Shown: positions 44,660 through 57,911, counted from the first letter of the stretch. The stretch: DNA of 64,000 nt from Lingula anatina (GCA_051362555.1 CM120645.1:21948001-22012000), one strand, 5' to 3'. Numbers and translations: made by a program. The notes: a model not told the origin generated them from the letters alone.

Positions 44660-45502
44660 CTATTTTTTCTGAACTGGTATCTTGATAGGAATAGCATATC
44701 GGCGAAAGAAACATAACGGCGGGTGTTGCTCTCCCTTTTGATAGTAATGTAAAAGCGTCTTGCATATTAGATCATTCTCAATAAGGTTATTATTGTAAAT
44801 AAATGTTTCAAGGGATTTGTTCCCATATTTGCAATTTTCCGATTCACTATCGTCCCTCTCTGTAGCCGCCTCGTTGGAAGTTGCACCGCTTTCCAACTCG
44901 CTGTCCTCTGACTCTGTGTTTGACATTTCGGTTTGCTCCGATTCCCCAGTATTAGCCAATTCTATGCTGTCAGACACATCGGAATCGGTAGAGTATTCAC
45001 TGTCAGGATTCGCTCTATGGCTGCCAGGCATATATCGACCTTTATAAGTTAACGGGGACTCTTCATATTCTGAATCCGACACATACCGTTGTAAAAAGGG
45101 AGTTCCCTTTCCTGTCTGTTTAGTTTTCGGTCTAAAATTATATCTCTTTGATGGAACAGCGTAGGGTTTAAAACGCGTTCGCTTATGCACGGGTTCTCTT
45201 GGTGTTTTATCAAACAGCTTTCTTTTAGGCCCCGCCATGGGACGGTCGACTCCACTGGTAATGGTGGGCGGTCGTTGCGGTGAACCTACAGTCCTATATG
45301 GCGGAGGGAGTGCTGAGTGTTGTGTAGGAGTGGTCTTAATATACACTGTTTCAGTCACCATAGGGTTATGGTACTGCCCTTCTTGTGTTTTTTGTCGTTT
45401 CCAGTATGACTGTTTCTCGAGGGACAGTTCGTCATTCAAATCAACCTTTTCGTCCAAGGTAAGGTCATCTCTTTTCCACAACTTGCGTTGGTCTGCTTCC
45501 AT
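44660..45502 (-). CDS. Polinton accessory ORF with basic and acidic/Ser-rich regions
   Basis: N-terminal KRDDLTLDEKVDL resembles the xDLxxDEKxxL motif of the ORF that follows the ATPase in Mavericks; contains QTGKG; 280 aa open. Confidence 0.55.
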   Translation of the reverse strand: MEADQRKLWKRDDLTLDEKVDLNDELSLEKQSYWKRQKTQEGQYHNPMVTETVYIKTTPTQHSALPPPYRTVGSPQRPPTITSGVDRPMAGPKRKLFDKTPREPVHKRTRFKPYAVPSKRYNFRPKTKQTGKGTPFLQRYVSDSEYEESPLTYKGRYMPGSHRANPDSEYSTDSDVSDSIELANTGESEQTEMSNTESEDSELESGATSNEAATERDDSESENCKYGNKSLETFIYNNNLIENDLICKTLLHYYQKGEQHPPLCFFRRYAIPIKIPVQKK

Positions 45503-45558
45503 TTTATCAGTTATTTTGCTAAACGGTTGCGCCTTATATTTCTCCTCTTGTATATACT

Positions 45559-46254
45559 TTACACTCTCTGATTGGTACTCATCGTCTTGTTTTCCTCAGG
45601 AAATATACCAACGCGTAGACGACAGTCATCTGGAGTGTCTTGCTTTAGATCAATGAAGAGGTAGCCATGAGGAGGAGATGTTGCTTGTTTAAAAACTCGA
45701 AGGAAATCTTTTACCTCACCGGGATACATCTGCTGGGCTAGTGTTTTGACCTGCATTGTGTCCCTTGGGTTTTTAAAGAGGACGAGATAATGGCAGTTCA
45801 AGGAGATGGTTCTCGCTTCCTTCTCTCTGGGAAAAAGGTTTTGGGTAATAAGGATGACGCTAACATTGCGATGATGTGACACTTTGGTAAATAAGTCACG
45901 TATTCTGCTATCAACCGCTGCTTCGGCAAACTGGTCGTCAAATACTATGAGATTGTTCACATTAGGATCAAAGAAATCGTCATCTTGGATATTGGAAGGA
46001 ATGCCTTGGTGAAATTTAATAAAACCCTTCATATAAATGACTTCATATAAATGTTGCCACACATCGTAACACCAAATTATTCTTTGTGGGCGTGGTGAAA
46101 TCATTGATTGGGCGTGTGCAATCAATCGTTTCACGAAAACCGATTTCCCACTGCCCGTCGGACCAGTCACCATGGCAGTAAATGGGGACATGAGTGGCCC
46201 ACACTCACTTCCAGCCTGCAGATTAAGCTGAGTTTTCGCCTGGTGTACACTCAT
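45559..46254 (-). CDS. Polinton/Maverick FtsK-HerA-family (A32-like) DNA packaging ATPase
   Basis: Walker A GPTGSGKS, Walker B LIVFDD, SHHRNVSVILITQNLF, RTISLN, FKNPRD, GYLFIDL; intact. Confidence 0.93.
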   Translation of the reverse strand: MSVHQAKTQLNLQAGSECGPLMSPFTAMVTGPTGSGKSVFVKRLIAHAQSMISPRPQRIIWCYDVWQHLYEVIYMKGFIKFHQGIPSNIQDDDFFDPNVNNLIVFDDQFAEAAVDSRIRDLFTKVSHHRNVSVILITQNLFPREKEARTISLNCHYLVLFKNPRDTMQVKTLAQQMYPGEVKDFLRVFKQATSPPHGYLFIDLKQDTPDDCRLRVGIFPEENKTMSTNQRV

Positions 46255-46353
46255 TACGTGTCTATCTAAGTTGTCCTTTCTGGAGAAGGTTTTGGCGCAC
46301 TATGTACACTTGAGCATCTTTTCAAAGAATGAGAAGGGAGGGTGAGGAGTAAG

Positions 46354-46365
46354 CTATTTATATAC
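46354..46365 (-). promoter_or_regulatory. TATA box upstream of the ATPase
   Basis: Minus-strand GTATATAAATAG, ~100 bp upstream of the ATG at 46254. Confidence 0.5.
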
Positions 46366-47161
46366 ACCCCTCCTCCTCCTACTCATTTTCTACTTCTCTA
46401 CACCTCCTGACTTAATCTTCCTCCTCCTCCTCCTCATCTTCTTGGAAGGAAGGAAAGTGGAGGTAGGACGGATGAGGAGGAGGAGGGGAAAATAAGTAGA
46501 GAGGAGCAAGAACACCCTCCTCCTCCTCCTCATTTTCTTCTTCTCTACACCTCCTGACTTATTATTCCTCCTCCTCCTCCTCATCTTCTTGGAAGGAAGG
46601 AAAGTGGAGGTAGGAGGGATAAGGAAGAGGAAGGGGAAATATGTAGGGAGGAGCAAGAACACCCTGCTTCTCATCCTCTTCCCTACACCTCTAAATGAAC
46701 AACCCAATAATGCACTGGAACAAACTTCAGTGCAAGCGCACTTTTACCTACATGTATAAGATGAGACGAGACTGAAAACCAAAGCAGACAAGATTTTCAA
46801 GACAAAGAAAAAATAAATAAGACTTAAACAAAGAAAACAATAAAGAAGCGTTCGTAGCCATAGTTACACCTCCCTCAAAAACAAACAAACAAACAGACAG
46901 ACAGATAAACAGACAGACGGACGGACAGACAGACGAACAAACAAACAAACAAACAAACAAACAAACAAACAGTCAGACAAACAAACAATCCCCACGTCAA
47001 TCCACACGCCGATGGTAAACCTGGCGTCCATTTCTTACTACTGAGGCTATCCATTTATCCAACCGGTCGTAATAAGTGAGGCGTAGCAGTTGCGATGGCG
47101 TAAACCGGGCGCAAAACACTACGCCCGAGTAAAGCCAGTTGCACCAAACTAGAATAGTGTT

Positions 47162-50100
47162 TACGTCTGTAAAGCCTCTCTTCTGGTCCTCAAATCAAGT
47201 TCGGTCCCTTGGTTCTAAACTGTTTACAAGAAGCTCTATACTGGATCTACACCTGTAAATGTCCATCATTACGAGTTCAAACGTGTTCACTAAACGTGTC
47301 CTTGGCTGCCTCTATTATGGTCTCCAATATTTGAGGTTTAAAACTTTGAGAGGCTACCAAAAAACGTACGTAAACTGAATGTTAGAAAGAAATGCATTTC
47401 AATTATTTAAAATTCTATTATATTTGCTATAATATATTCTCAGATTTTTTAAAGAACACAAATGTTTTGCTGCGTGATTACCTTTAGGATGCTTAAGAAT
47501 AATACTACAATATTTATGGCGTTCTCTGCCTCATGTTTTCAAGGCAGTTACATTCGTGGGTGATTGTGTGCATGTGGTGGTGTTGGGGGGGGGGGGTGCT
47601 CACTCACTGCCATGATTGTGCGCTTTTTATTCCGTTTCAAGTTAGTATAAGCTCTTATTTTCATATGGACGCGTTTATTCCCGTGAATTTCTTAAATGTC
47701 CACTGGACTGGTATGGTCACGCGTTTTGTGCAAGTAGTAGAAATGGATTATATATATTTTTTTTTCAAACACACATTATGGTCAGTTGCGTCTTAGTTTA
47801 AATGCAGTCAAACAGGCAAATAGGCTTTAATTACGAAAATATTGCGCGTTTATTAATAAACTTTGTTTATTTTAGATCTGCTGATTCGAAAAAATATTAA
47901 CACGGGGCTGTTTTAGAGATGTACGTGCTGCATACCTTGTTGGTATTTATACCTAGGCTTTCACAAGCTGTATATCCCATATCATTCAGATAATGTTCAA
48001 GTGTTGTTTTGCTACATGATGACAACTTAGCATCCCAATTGTATTGCTTTAGGAGCGTACAGTGAAGGGAATATCATGAAAACCCAGTGATCTGACCAAA
48101 GACATTGTAGAGATCCAGTATAACTACGTAGTAGGCCTATAAGTAAGCCTATGCATACCAGTGCAGTTTACTGTTACACAACGCCGTTCTACCTTGGGCA
48201 AAATTAAAGGCTAAAATCCCCGTTTCAATTTACCACTTCAAGGGAAAGATTCAGAACAGCGCCCTGGCCTGAATTTTGATCTTACAAACTGACCTCGGAA
48301 ACCACAAAATTTTCTTTCATGCCCGAAATATGTGATTTTACATACTCGATCCCCACCATTAAAGGTGCCACCGACCCTCACATTGACTGCCTCTCTTGTT
48401 ATAGAGCACAATTCAAATTAATTTAAAAGAGACAAACCTAGCTGTTATTACAGAATCGGGATTCTTTATCATAGATTTTGTCTCGACTCCAGGGACGTCT
48501 CAATTTCTTTTTCGCCCTATATATATATCTTATTAAGTTGAATGGCCTTTATCGCAGCATCTTAATTTAAGTTCATTAAAAACCACAAATCAAAGGAATT
48601 GTGTGTACGCGCCGTAATGTACATGATCTTTGGATGGTTATTTTAAGTAATCCGATGTTGATAATTTCGAATCCTATACATTCTAGTACATATGCGTACA
48701 TGGAAAGCATCAAAACAGATTAAAGGCATTTTCGCGTCGATCATTATACCGTTTTATTTGCATCTCATCTGTAGCGAACATTTGTTGCCAGATTAACGAA
48801 GCACCGCGCAATTATGTAAGAGAACCACGAAAATAGAGCACCCGCGCCAGACACGGGCATTTAATTTTGGTTGGTCCGTAAAGGGCTTGTATTCGATCGG
48901 AGGCAGAGTTGTGAATCAATCTACAGTATATTATTTTCTGTTTATATAAAAGTTACCTAAGTCTCGCATAACGCTATCTCAAAATTGGTCCATTTATGAC
49001 CCTTTAAAACACCGCTGCAGATGTAGACACTCCAACCCAAATAATTGAGTTCGATGTGAGAAAACTTTCAACAAAAAGTGAAAATGTGAGCCACATATAT
49101 TTAGATTAATATCGGAATAAATATATGACACGTTCCATTACTTTCACTGGTTTATGCCATTGTACCCTCTAACTGGGAAAGCAGTCAGCAGTTATTAAAA
49201 GTAATATGAAACATTAATAAAAACGTTATGCAAAACGTGAGCGGTTATGATAAGTTAATTTACGCTCTAATCTTTCATATGAAAAGAAAAATGATTATTT
49301 ATTACAAGAGTTCAGGGTGGGAAGAGGAGCATAAGGGCATAACAACTATTATGTTATGAAATAAGTCAAGTTGAGCCTTTCTACTGATATACTTTATCGT
49401 GTTTCGTGCCTATCTAGCTTAGTCGGTTAAGAAGATATATACCCCCCCCCCCCCCCCCCCCCCCCCCGCCCGCCCGCCCACACTTATTTCAACCTGTAAG
49501 ATTGGAAAGTCGGTAGTCTGGCTCGGGCAATAAAATCTCACTATCTCCACATCTGGTTTCTATCAAGCGCGTTCAGAGCTTCAGAGCTTAGGACAAACAT
49601 ATTGCTCCTTGGGCCAGGAAATCTGGAGAAGGGAAGTAGAGGAACATGTCTTCTCAATAATGAAAGCTATATATTTTTGGTAATTTCCTTTGTAACATTT
49701 ACAAACACTAAAAATATCCTTTCTCGAATTAATATCATGTTCACACATTTCTGTAAATATCCTGAATTAAAATACTAATGTTAAATGTCAGAGACTTTGA
49801 TTTATGACGAGAGAGAGAGAGAGAGAGAGGTAAAGACAATCTGTAAATGTCCCGAACTAGAGGAGAGTGTTATAAACTGAACACATCTTGGCTACAACCC
49901 GTAGACAGTTAGCCCGCAGAGTGGTTTAGTTATTATGATCAACATACTTGTTTATATTTTTATTAATATCAAACAATTTTACTGTTTGCAGCTATACCTG
50001 TTTGGAACATGTACTCTGCGCCATATAATAGCATTGGTGCAAAGTGGTGATATTGTAAAATCCTGCAATAAAATTTTCTTCAAATATCAAATTTTATTAG

Positions 50101-50765
50101 ATGGTTGAATGATAATGATACTGAATTGTTGTAAAGACATGAAGGAAGCAGGGTGACCATATATGCTCGGAAAATTGTCGGAGAGGGAAATTTCTCCAGT
50201 TTGTTCACTGCCCTGTGAAGCCATATTTTGTGGCCTGAGATGCCGTATCCGTTACTTCGTGACCTGACCTGTCAAAAGCACGTCCGCGCACTCTTTTCAT
50301 CTTTTGATTCTTCCACATTAATCAAGATACGGAGTATCAATTACAAGTGACCCCCGGGGGGGGGGGGGGGGCATGAAGGGAATAAATAATTATATGTAGT
50401 ATCCTTGTGACAGAAGGTTACTCTGCAATGTATATCTTTCAATTTATGCTGTGAAATAATAGCCAGCTAGTCCGTTGATCTGGCAAATCAACCAAATGAC
50501 CGTTAGTTGAGTTGCTTAACTGCAAGTAATTAATCCCCTCCCCTCCCCCCGAACGTCAAACTGGCAGGTTTCCAAATGAAGACTATACCGCAGAAAAAGT
50601 TTGGGGCCCAAAAGAGAGTCAGCCAAGTACACGTTTGGGGAACACGTTTGAACACGTCATGATAGACATTTACAGGTGTAGGACCAGAACAGAGCCTCTG
50701 GTAAACAGTTTAGAACCAAGGGACCGAACTTGATTTGAGGACCAGAAGAGAGGCTTTACATACGT
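47162..50765. mobile_element. Pair of ~170-bp inverted repeats 3.3 kb apart (one TIR element or two opposed repeat copies)
   Basis: TGTAAAGCCTCTCTTCTGGTCCTCAAATCAAGTTCGGTCCCTTGGTTCTAAACTGTTTAC at 47168 is reverse-complemented at 50701-50760. Confidence 0.55.
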
Positions 50766-51482
50766 CGGTCTTAACTTAGTCGTAAATTTACGCCTGCCAG
50801 CTAGGTGGTGTAAGTCGGTCGTAGCTCGTTTTCCACTATGGCTAGGCTGGCACAGAGAGTTTGATGACAATTATCGTAGTTAACGTAGAAAATGTGGGTT
50901 GTTGTTTGTTTGTTTCTTACACAAAACTTCCGTCTGTATAGCTTGGTATTTTAAGAAACGAATTATATATACGTGTATGTGTTTGTGTGTGTGTGTAGCT
51001 ATGTACATGTATATGCATGTGTTCATTTAAATCTTACCACTCATGTAGGTACGTCTTGGCTCTCAGCAGTACGGTTTCTTTAATTCTTTTCACAATTTTT
51101 GACAAACCATAACCAACCATAGTCATTTTTTTCTTTACATTTTATATCATTCATATTTTACTATAATATATAAACATAGAGACTAAGGCTTAAAATATCA
51201 ACATTTTAAGGCTCATATAATATGTATTTGGTCTCTTGTATTTCTCAATCTCCAAGATGTAAGCTCTATGTTAAGGGCTCTCTGAAAACTTTTAATTTAA
51301 TGCCTAAACCAGAAGAATAACTTCATATAAACTAACATAAGAAGGAATCTCAAGATCCCAGGATCTGTAAGTGGACTAAATTAAGGAAGGTAACAGGACA
51401 GAAAAACAGTTCTTTGAAGTTTTTTGAATACACAAAGAAACCCTCATTGGAGCACACATCAAAGATGGAGGACACAACAAAG

Positions 51483-53727
51483 ATGGAGGATCACTACACA
51501 TTACTTGGGATCACACCTGAAGCTACACCGGAGGTGATAACACAAGCTTTCTCTACTAAGGCAAGTACAGTGAAAGATCTCAACACACCTGAAAATCAAA
51601 AACTTTTACAATCATATAGTATAGCCTATTCAACTCTAGTAAACCAAACATCCAGGATTACCTATGACAGGGAGAATGGAATTGTCACAAACTATGATTA
51701 CACTGATGAGTACTTTGGTCCAATGATTGAATCTACCATCCACAACAGTCGCTGTGCCACTATCAAAATCAGCTCTGTAAGTCTAGTGAAAAGATGGCTA
51801 GAAGTTTGTAGGCAGTACCACAAACCCGACACAGAGGTAGAGGTTAACAATGGCACTGGAACTCAACTGAAATTCATCTATAATAGCACATCAGGTGCCA
51901 AACTTGGGACAGTATCTTTAACCCTGTACCACACTGCAAAGTCAAAAAAAAATACATATTCAAGGGGATGCTTATATGCTTTGGTTGGCAAATGACTATC
52001 CCAAAATGGCGATGATCGTCTCATCACCAAAGAAATTACAGCCTCCCAGTATCCTTGAACCCAGCAAACAAACGGCCAAAAATGACCACATAGAGGAAAG
52101 GTACCCTCTACCAGGGCGACTGATAGATTTTTACGGATATTCACAGATATGTGATCTGTGAATATCCGTAAAAATCTATCAGTCGCCCTGGTAGAGGGTA
52201 GAGGAAAGGGTGGAGATAGAAAACAGCCAGACTGAAGTAAAACAGAGAAGTGCACATCAAACTCCAAAGGGTTTCAAGACAAAGGGGAATTCTAATATGA
52301 AAGAGAAGAAAACAGATCGTGATATGAGTAAAATTCAAGAAACACTACAAGCAGAGGAAAACCAGTACTCTGAAATTATATTCAGGACAGCAGATGCAAA
52401 AAGACAGGAAGCTAAGACTAACAGCACAATAACAGAGGAAGTGGAGCAAATTAAAGGATCATTAACAGAGCAAATGGAAACATTGTCTGCACTCTCAACA
52501 CAAATTCTCAAACTAACAGAGACAGTGAACAAGATACATTCTAAGCTCCTACCCACAAAACAAACAATGCATGTAGGAACTCAATATGAAGAGCTGAATA
52601 CGTGTGAAATAGGAACACAATGGGAGCATCCTCATATCACCCCCACAGAACTTGAGAACAATGACAATAGAAACATGACTGAAACCATCTCTGATAACCC
52701 CATACTTGCTATGCAATTATCTCCAGACAATAACCTGGACACTGCACCACCCCCACAGGTCGCTATCCTGACACCATCAACAATTGCTGTGGAGACTATA
52801 CAACCCACATCAAACCCAACATCTGAAGAAAGGAGAAATGCTAAACAACCTACTTCAAGGGAAAAGCCATCAGTAAAAATTACAAGGGAAAATACATGCC
52901 CACCTGTTACAAACACTGAACATGAAACTGGATTAATGACACTCGCGGAATCATCCCAGAACCCACCTGTGCTACCTGAGGAGAAAGAGTTGACACAAGA
53001 GAGAGTAACCTTGAACACAGCAAGTTATGAAAATGTAGTCATAACAAGCTCCATTGGGAAAGGTTTGTCTGCCAATAGACTCTTTCCACACTCTAAAAGT
53101 AAATGCTTCGTACTGAGTGGCAGAAAAATTAATGATGCAGCGGAATTAATCGGAGAAAAAGATTTTGGCACACCTAAGTCAATCACACTTATTATTGGAT
53201 CAAATAACATTAGCGAGGGACAACATCCGCAAACTGTTGTAGACGAAACAATGGCGCTCATAAACAACATTGAGAAGAAGTATCAAGAGACTCAAATTAT
53301 CATCAGCAAAATCCTACCAAGATGGGGAAATCGCGGCTTCAATAGGTCTGCGGTACATATCAACCGTCAGGTACAATATCTTTGTCATTCACATGCCAAT
53401 GTCCACTACATGGACAATGACAACATAACTGATAGGAGAGACCTATTTGCATGGGATGGCATTCACCTCACCCCGCATGGGACCAGTACACTGGCAAGAA
53501 ATATTAAGGATGCAACAGGACAGCTAAACCCCCGCACCACACCTAGACATGGCCACAGCCCCAGTGCTACCCACAGTCACCAGCATCGCCAGCACCATAG
53601 GAACCACCGCAAATGGAATTAAACACCTAATCAGTGGAATTCCCCCAAGGAAAAGGGTAACTCTATCGAGAACGAATTGAAACTACTACATGAGTGTTTA
53701 AGCAAACTGGAAGCTAAAATCTGCTAA
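51483..53727 (+). pseudogene. LINE C ORF1 (J-domain-like plus SGNH esterase), disrupted
   Basis: MEDHYTLLGITPEATPEVITQAF...TLVNQTSRITYDRENG. Frameshift in the A-run near 51950, MITE insertion at 52102-52200, premature TAA at 53620, true end IENELKLLHECLSKLEAKIC* at 53727. Confidence 0.88.
52102..52200. mobile_element. 99-bp perfect-hairpin MITE with 9-bp TSD (Mutator-like)
   Basis: 47-bp perfect arms TACCCTCTACCAGGGCGACTG... with a 5-nt loop; TSD GAGGAAAGG at 52093-52101 and 52201-52209. Confidence 0.9.
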
Positions 53728-54164
53728 ACGTCAAACTTATGAACACTAGTGTAATATGGAACTGATTAAACTAATAACAACCAAGTAAGTGTCACTTATA
53801 CAGAAAGAAAAGCTGAAATGTAAGTACCTATGCTCCCTCTTACAGTAACAATCAGTTTCTTAATGATGAAAATGTCAGATCATTAAAGGAAAAAGCATTG
53901 TAAATTATAAAGTATAAAATTAGTCTTGGAAATACATATCGGACAGAGATATATTAATGAATGAGTGTGTAGAAGCACAGACATGTCACATGGAACAAAA
54001 TCAAGAAAAACTATTAAGAATATTATACTTAGTTTGGAAGAGTAACGGTTTAATAGTTATATATTGCATTGTTAGAAGTTAAAAGTTATAGTTTATATGT
54101 ATATGTATAGCATTATGGTTAGGCATTAAATTTACTTTTCTTGAGTCAATATACCAATTACAAT

Positions 54165-57100
54165 ATGTTACGTATAGGCATGCGGAATGTTAGGGGACTT
54201 GCTAAAAAATTAAGTGATGATAATTTCATTTCAACAGTTCAAAGCTTTGACATATTTGTTTGCGTAGAAACCTTCAGCACTGTAAGATCTAAAATAGCTT
54301 TACCTGGTGGCACCCATGGCCACACTGAGCAACTCAGAAAGAAAAAGAGAGTTAAAGGCAGACCCTCTGGGGGTATAGTAGTATATTACAGAAAAGAATT
54401 CATAAAGGGAATCAAAGTGCTTAGAAGCAAGAGTGAAAATCTGTTGTAGATTAAACTAGCAGGTGAACACTTTGGTTTAGAGGATGATTTATTCCTATGT
54501 GCAGTTTATATTAAACCGGGCAATGGCCCCTCAGATGAAGAAACCCTAGAAATACTTGAAGATGAAATTGCAACTCACCAATCATATGGGTCAATTTGCT
54601 TAATTGGAGATTTCAATGCAAGAACGGGGACACTACCTGATTTCATCAAAGATGATACCATGTTTGGAATTCAAATGACTGATAGTTATCCTAAAAACAG
54701 ATTTTCACAAAAGAGAAATAACGTTGATACAATAGTTAACTCGCAAGGAAAGGCCTTACTTGAATTATGTAGAAGTAGTAACTTAAGGATACTCAATGGT
54801 AGAACTAAAGGCAACTCTCTCGGATATCCAACTTGCTATAATATACATGGGTGCAGTACAGTTGATTATGCAATCACAAACGATGGACTGATTAGCAAAA
54901 TTATGTATCTTACAGTATTACCTATTGACTATTTATCAGATCACTGTCTGTTAGACCTTGCAATCCACACCACCGGTATGAAAGAATCATCTCCAACCCA
55001 ATCATTACAAAATTTCAAAGATCTTTACATCTGGGAAACAGATTCAACTGAGAAATTTTTAAAAGCTCTTGAAAGTGAGGACAGCTTAAAACAAATCAGT
55101 CTAGCACAAAACAAATACTTCCCCTCATCTAAAGAAGGATTAAAAAGTGCCTGTGATAAATTAACAAATATAATTGAAAATGCTGCAAACTTGTCTTTGC
55201 GTAAAAAAGTCAATAACATAAGCATGAGATCAAATAAACAAACAAAAAGAATAAAAAAAAACAACCATGGTTTGACAGCATGTGTTCTGAAGTCAGAAGA
55301 AATATAAAACACCTTGGTAAACTACTACAAAAAAATCCACACAATAACTACATCTCGCAAACCTACCACCTAGCTACAAAGAAATATAAACAACTAGTAA
55401 AGCAAAGAAAGAATGAGTACAAAAATGCCATCCTAGACAGACTACTAGTATCTGAAAAAAAAAAAAAAAACAATCCTAAAGAGTTCTGGCAGACACTTAA
55501 AAAACTAAAGGATAGAGAAGAAAATAACAACATAATTAGTCCTGAGACTTGGCAACTACACTTCCAACAACTTTGTGGAACCCCCCCTACTGATGATCAC
55601 CGAATAGATAAGGAAATAAGTGAATATGAGAAAAAAGAAGGAGACCCTGTCCTTAATAACTCCATAAGCATTAGAGAGGTAAAAACAGCTATAAAAAAAA
55701 TTGAAAAATGGAAAAGCGGCTGGTGAGGACTCTATCAGAAATGAAATGTTGAAAAGTGGTTCAATATATTTAGTGGGACTAATAACAAAAATATTCAATT
55801 TAGCAATGAACACATCTGAAACTCCTGATGTGTGGAATCTGGGTATAATACTGCCGCTATATAAATCTGGAGAACGAACCGACCCATCAAATTACAGAGG
55901 TCTTTGCATCACCAGCTGTCTTGGAAAGCTTTTTAACTGCATATTGACTAACAGACTCACGCTATTTTTAGAGTCCAATCAGAAATTAAGCGAGGAACAA
56001 GCTGGGTTTAGACCTGGTTACCGCACGACTGACCATATATTTACCTTAAAGTCAATTATAAACAAACATATGAATCAAAACAAACGTGTATTTGCCTGTT
56101 TCGTCGACCTGCGAAAAGCTTTTGACACAGTCTGGCATAAGGGTCTTATGCTGAAATTACTGAAAGTAGGTGTCAGAGGCAAAATTTACGAGTTGATAAA
56201 GTATATGTACAGCAACACAAGACTAGGCGTGTCAGTTAATTGTGGCTACACCCAAACATTCATATCTAAAATAGGTATAAGACAAGGTGATAACCTTAGC
56301 CCAGTCCTATTCAACATCTTCATTGATGACTTAAAAAGTGAACTCTACACAAACAATAGTGCAAAGGAAGTTGAAGGGTTAAAACACATTTTATATGCAG
56401 ATGACCTAGTCTTGCTATCACAGTCGAAAGAAGGACTTCAAATTCTTCTTAACAACCTTGAAAATTACTGTAAGCAGTGGAAACTAAAAGTTAATGAAAA
56501 CAAATAAAAAATAATAGTGTTCAACAAGTCTGGTAGAATTGAACCACACACCTTCTCTATAAATAGCAGACCAATAGAAATAGTCAAACAATACTCATAC
56601 CTCGGGATAGTCTTTACTAACACAGGATCATTAAAACATTCAATTGAAAACCTCAAGCAAAAAGCCCTGAAAGCCATGTTTACTCTAAAGGGAATACTAG
56701 CATCGCAAGAAATTTCATCACCCATGCTTATCATGAATCTTTTCGACAAGATGATTAAACCCATTCTCTTATATGGATGTGAAATCTGGGCCCAAGAAAT
56801 CTTCACAGAGAAAAAAATATCATTAAATAAAATAAACAAAATGCCCTTTGAACAAATACATTTAAAGATGTGTAAATGGGCACTTGGTGTGAGAAGGTCA
56901 GCTAGCAATAATGCCTGCCGTGCAGAACTTGGGCGCCTCCCATTATACTTGGACATTGTCAAATTGGTATCAAGATACAGTCAAAGGCTGAATAACCTTC
57001 CAGAGCAAAGAATTGTCAAGCAAGCATACAATAGAGAACAAGCAAAAAGGGAAAAAAACTGGTTTTGGGCAATGTCAAACTTGGCTACTTTTTGGGGATT

Positions 57101-57617
57101 AAATCACTCAAATTCAACCCTAACTGTCAATAAAATTCACAATAACCAAAATCTAGAAAGTGACATAACCCTCAAAATAAAATCAGATTTTTGGGAAGAG
57201 TTACACAGAGAGGAAAATAATAAGCTGAGGACATACAGGAAAATTAAACATCAATATGAACCCGAACCATACTTAAAAATGAATATTTCACGCACCCACA
57301 AAAAACTTTTGGCAAAAATGCGAATTAGTGACCATGACCTGGAAATTGAAAAAGGGCGGCATACAAACCTAAAAACACAACTTTCAGACCGAAAATGCCC
57401 CCATTGTAATGAGATAGAAGATGAAATACATTTTTTCCTAAAATGCGCCCATCACAAAATTGAAAGGAAATTGCTGTTTGAATGCATACCAGAGGTAAAC
57501 TTGCAAGGTCTAACAGACGAGGTCAAACAGCTTGACATCATTCTAAACCCACCCACTGAACAGAGTGCAATTGCAGTAGGGAATTTTGTAAGTAAAATTA
57601 TGAAAAAACGTAATTAA
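54165..57617 (+). pseudogene. LINE C ORF2 (APE plus RT), with stops and homopolymer frameshifts
   Basis: Collinear with 15476-18922: MLRIGMRNVRGL, GDFNART, YADD, CPHC...EDEIHFFLKC. Stops at 54447 and 56505, frameshifts in A-runs near 55260 and 55700. Confidence 0.93.
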
Positions 57618-57911
57618 CTAGAAGTGCACAAATGATTTCATGCATCTCACCTGGATATTAAGAGAATGTATATTGTGTAACATTATATAAGTATAATTTT
57701 TTTCTCTTTCATTTACTTACTATCCTTACTATCTTTCCATATGTATAATGTATTGTAGCTAGAGAGCCTCTAAATGTAAAAACATTTCAGTGCTCAATAA
57801 ATTATTATTATTATTATTGAACTAAATGATACCTCATGGTGTAATCATAGATAAAAAGGTCATGAAATTGTCGGCACTGTTGTAAAATTATAAAAAGAAA
57901 GCAATGCTGGC

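Larger units (their letters stand above)
43557..47042 (-). mobile_element. 3.5-kb non-autonomous mini-Polinton/Maverick
   Basis: AGTAGT...ACTACT termini, ~350-bp TIRs (43557-~43910 and ~46697-47042) containing (GTCT/GTTT)n, 6-bp TSD GAGGCT, Maverick-type ATPase. Confidence 0.92.
51250..57818 (+). mobile_element. LINE C, a diverged relative of LINE B (disrupted)
   Basis: Same ORF1/ORF2 architecture and 3' end (GTGCTCAATAAA(TTA)n) as 15341-21760; 5' boundary approximate. Confidence 0.92.

Noticed and set aside
51940-55710. Programmed frameshifts at A-runs in LINE C
   Set aside because: The homologous LINE B is uninterrupted; these are homopolymer mutations or sequencing errors.
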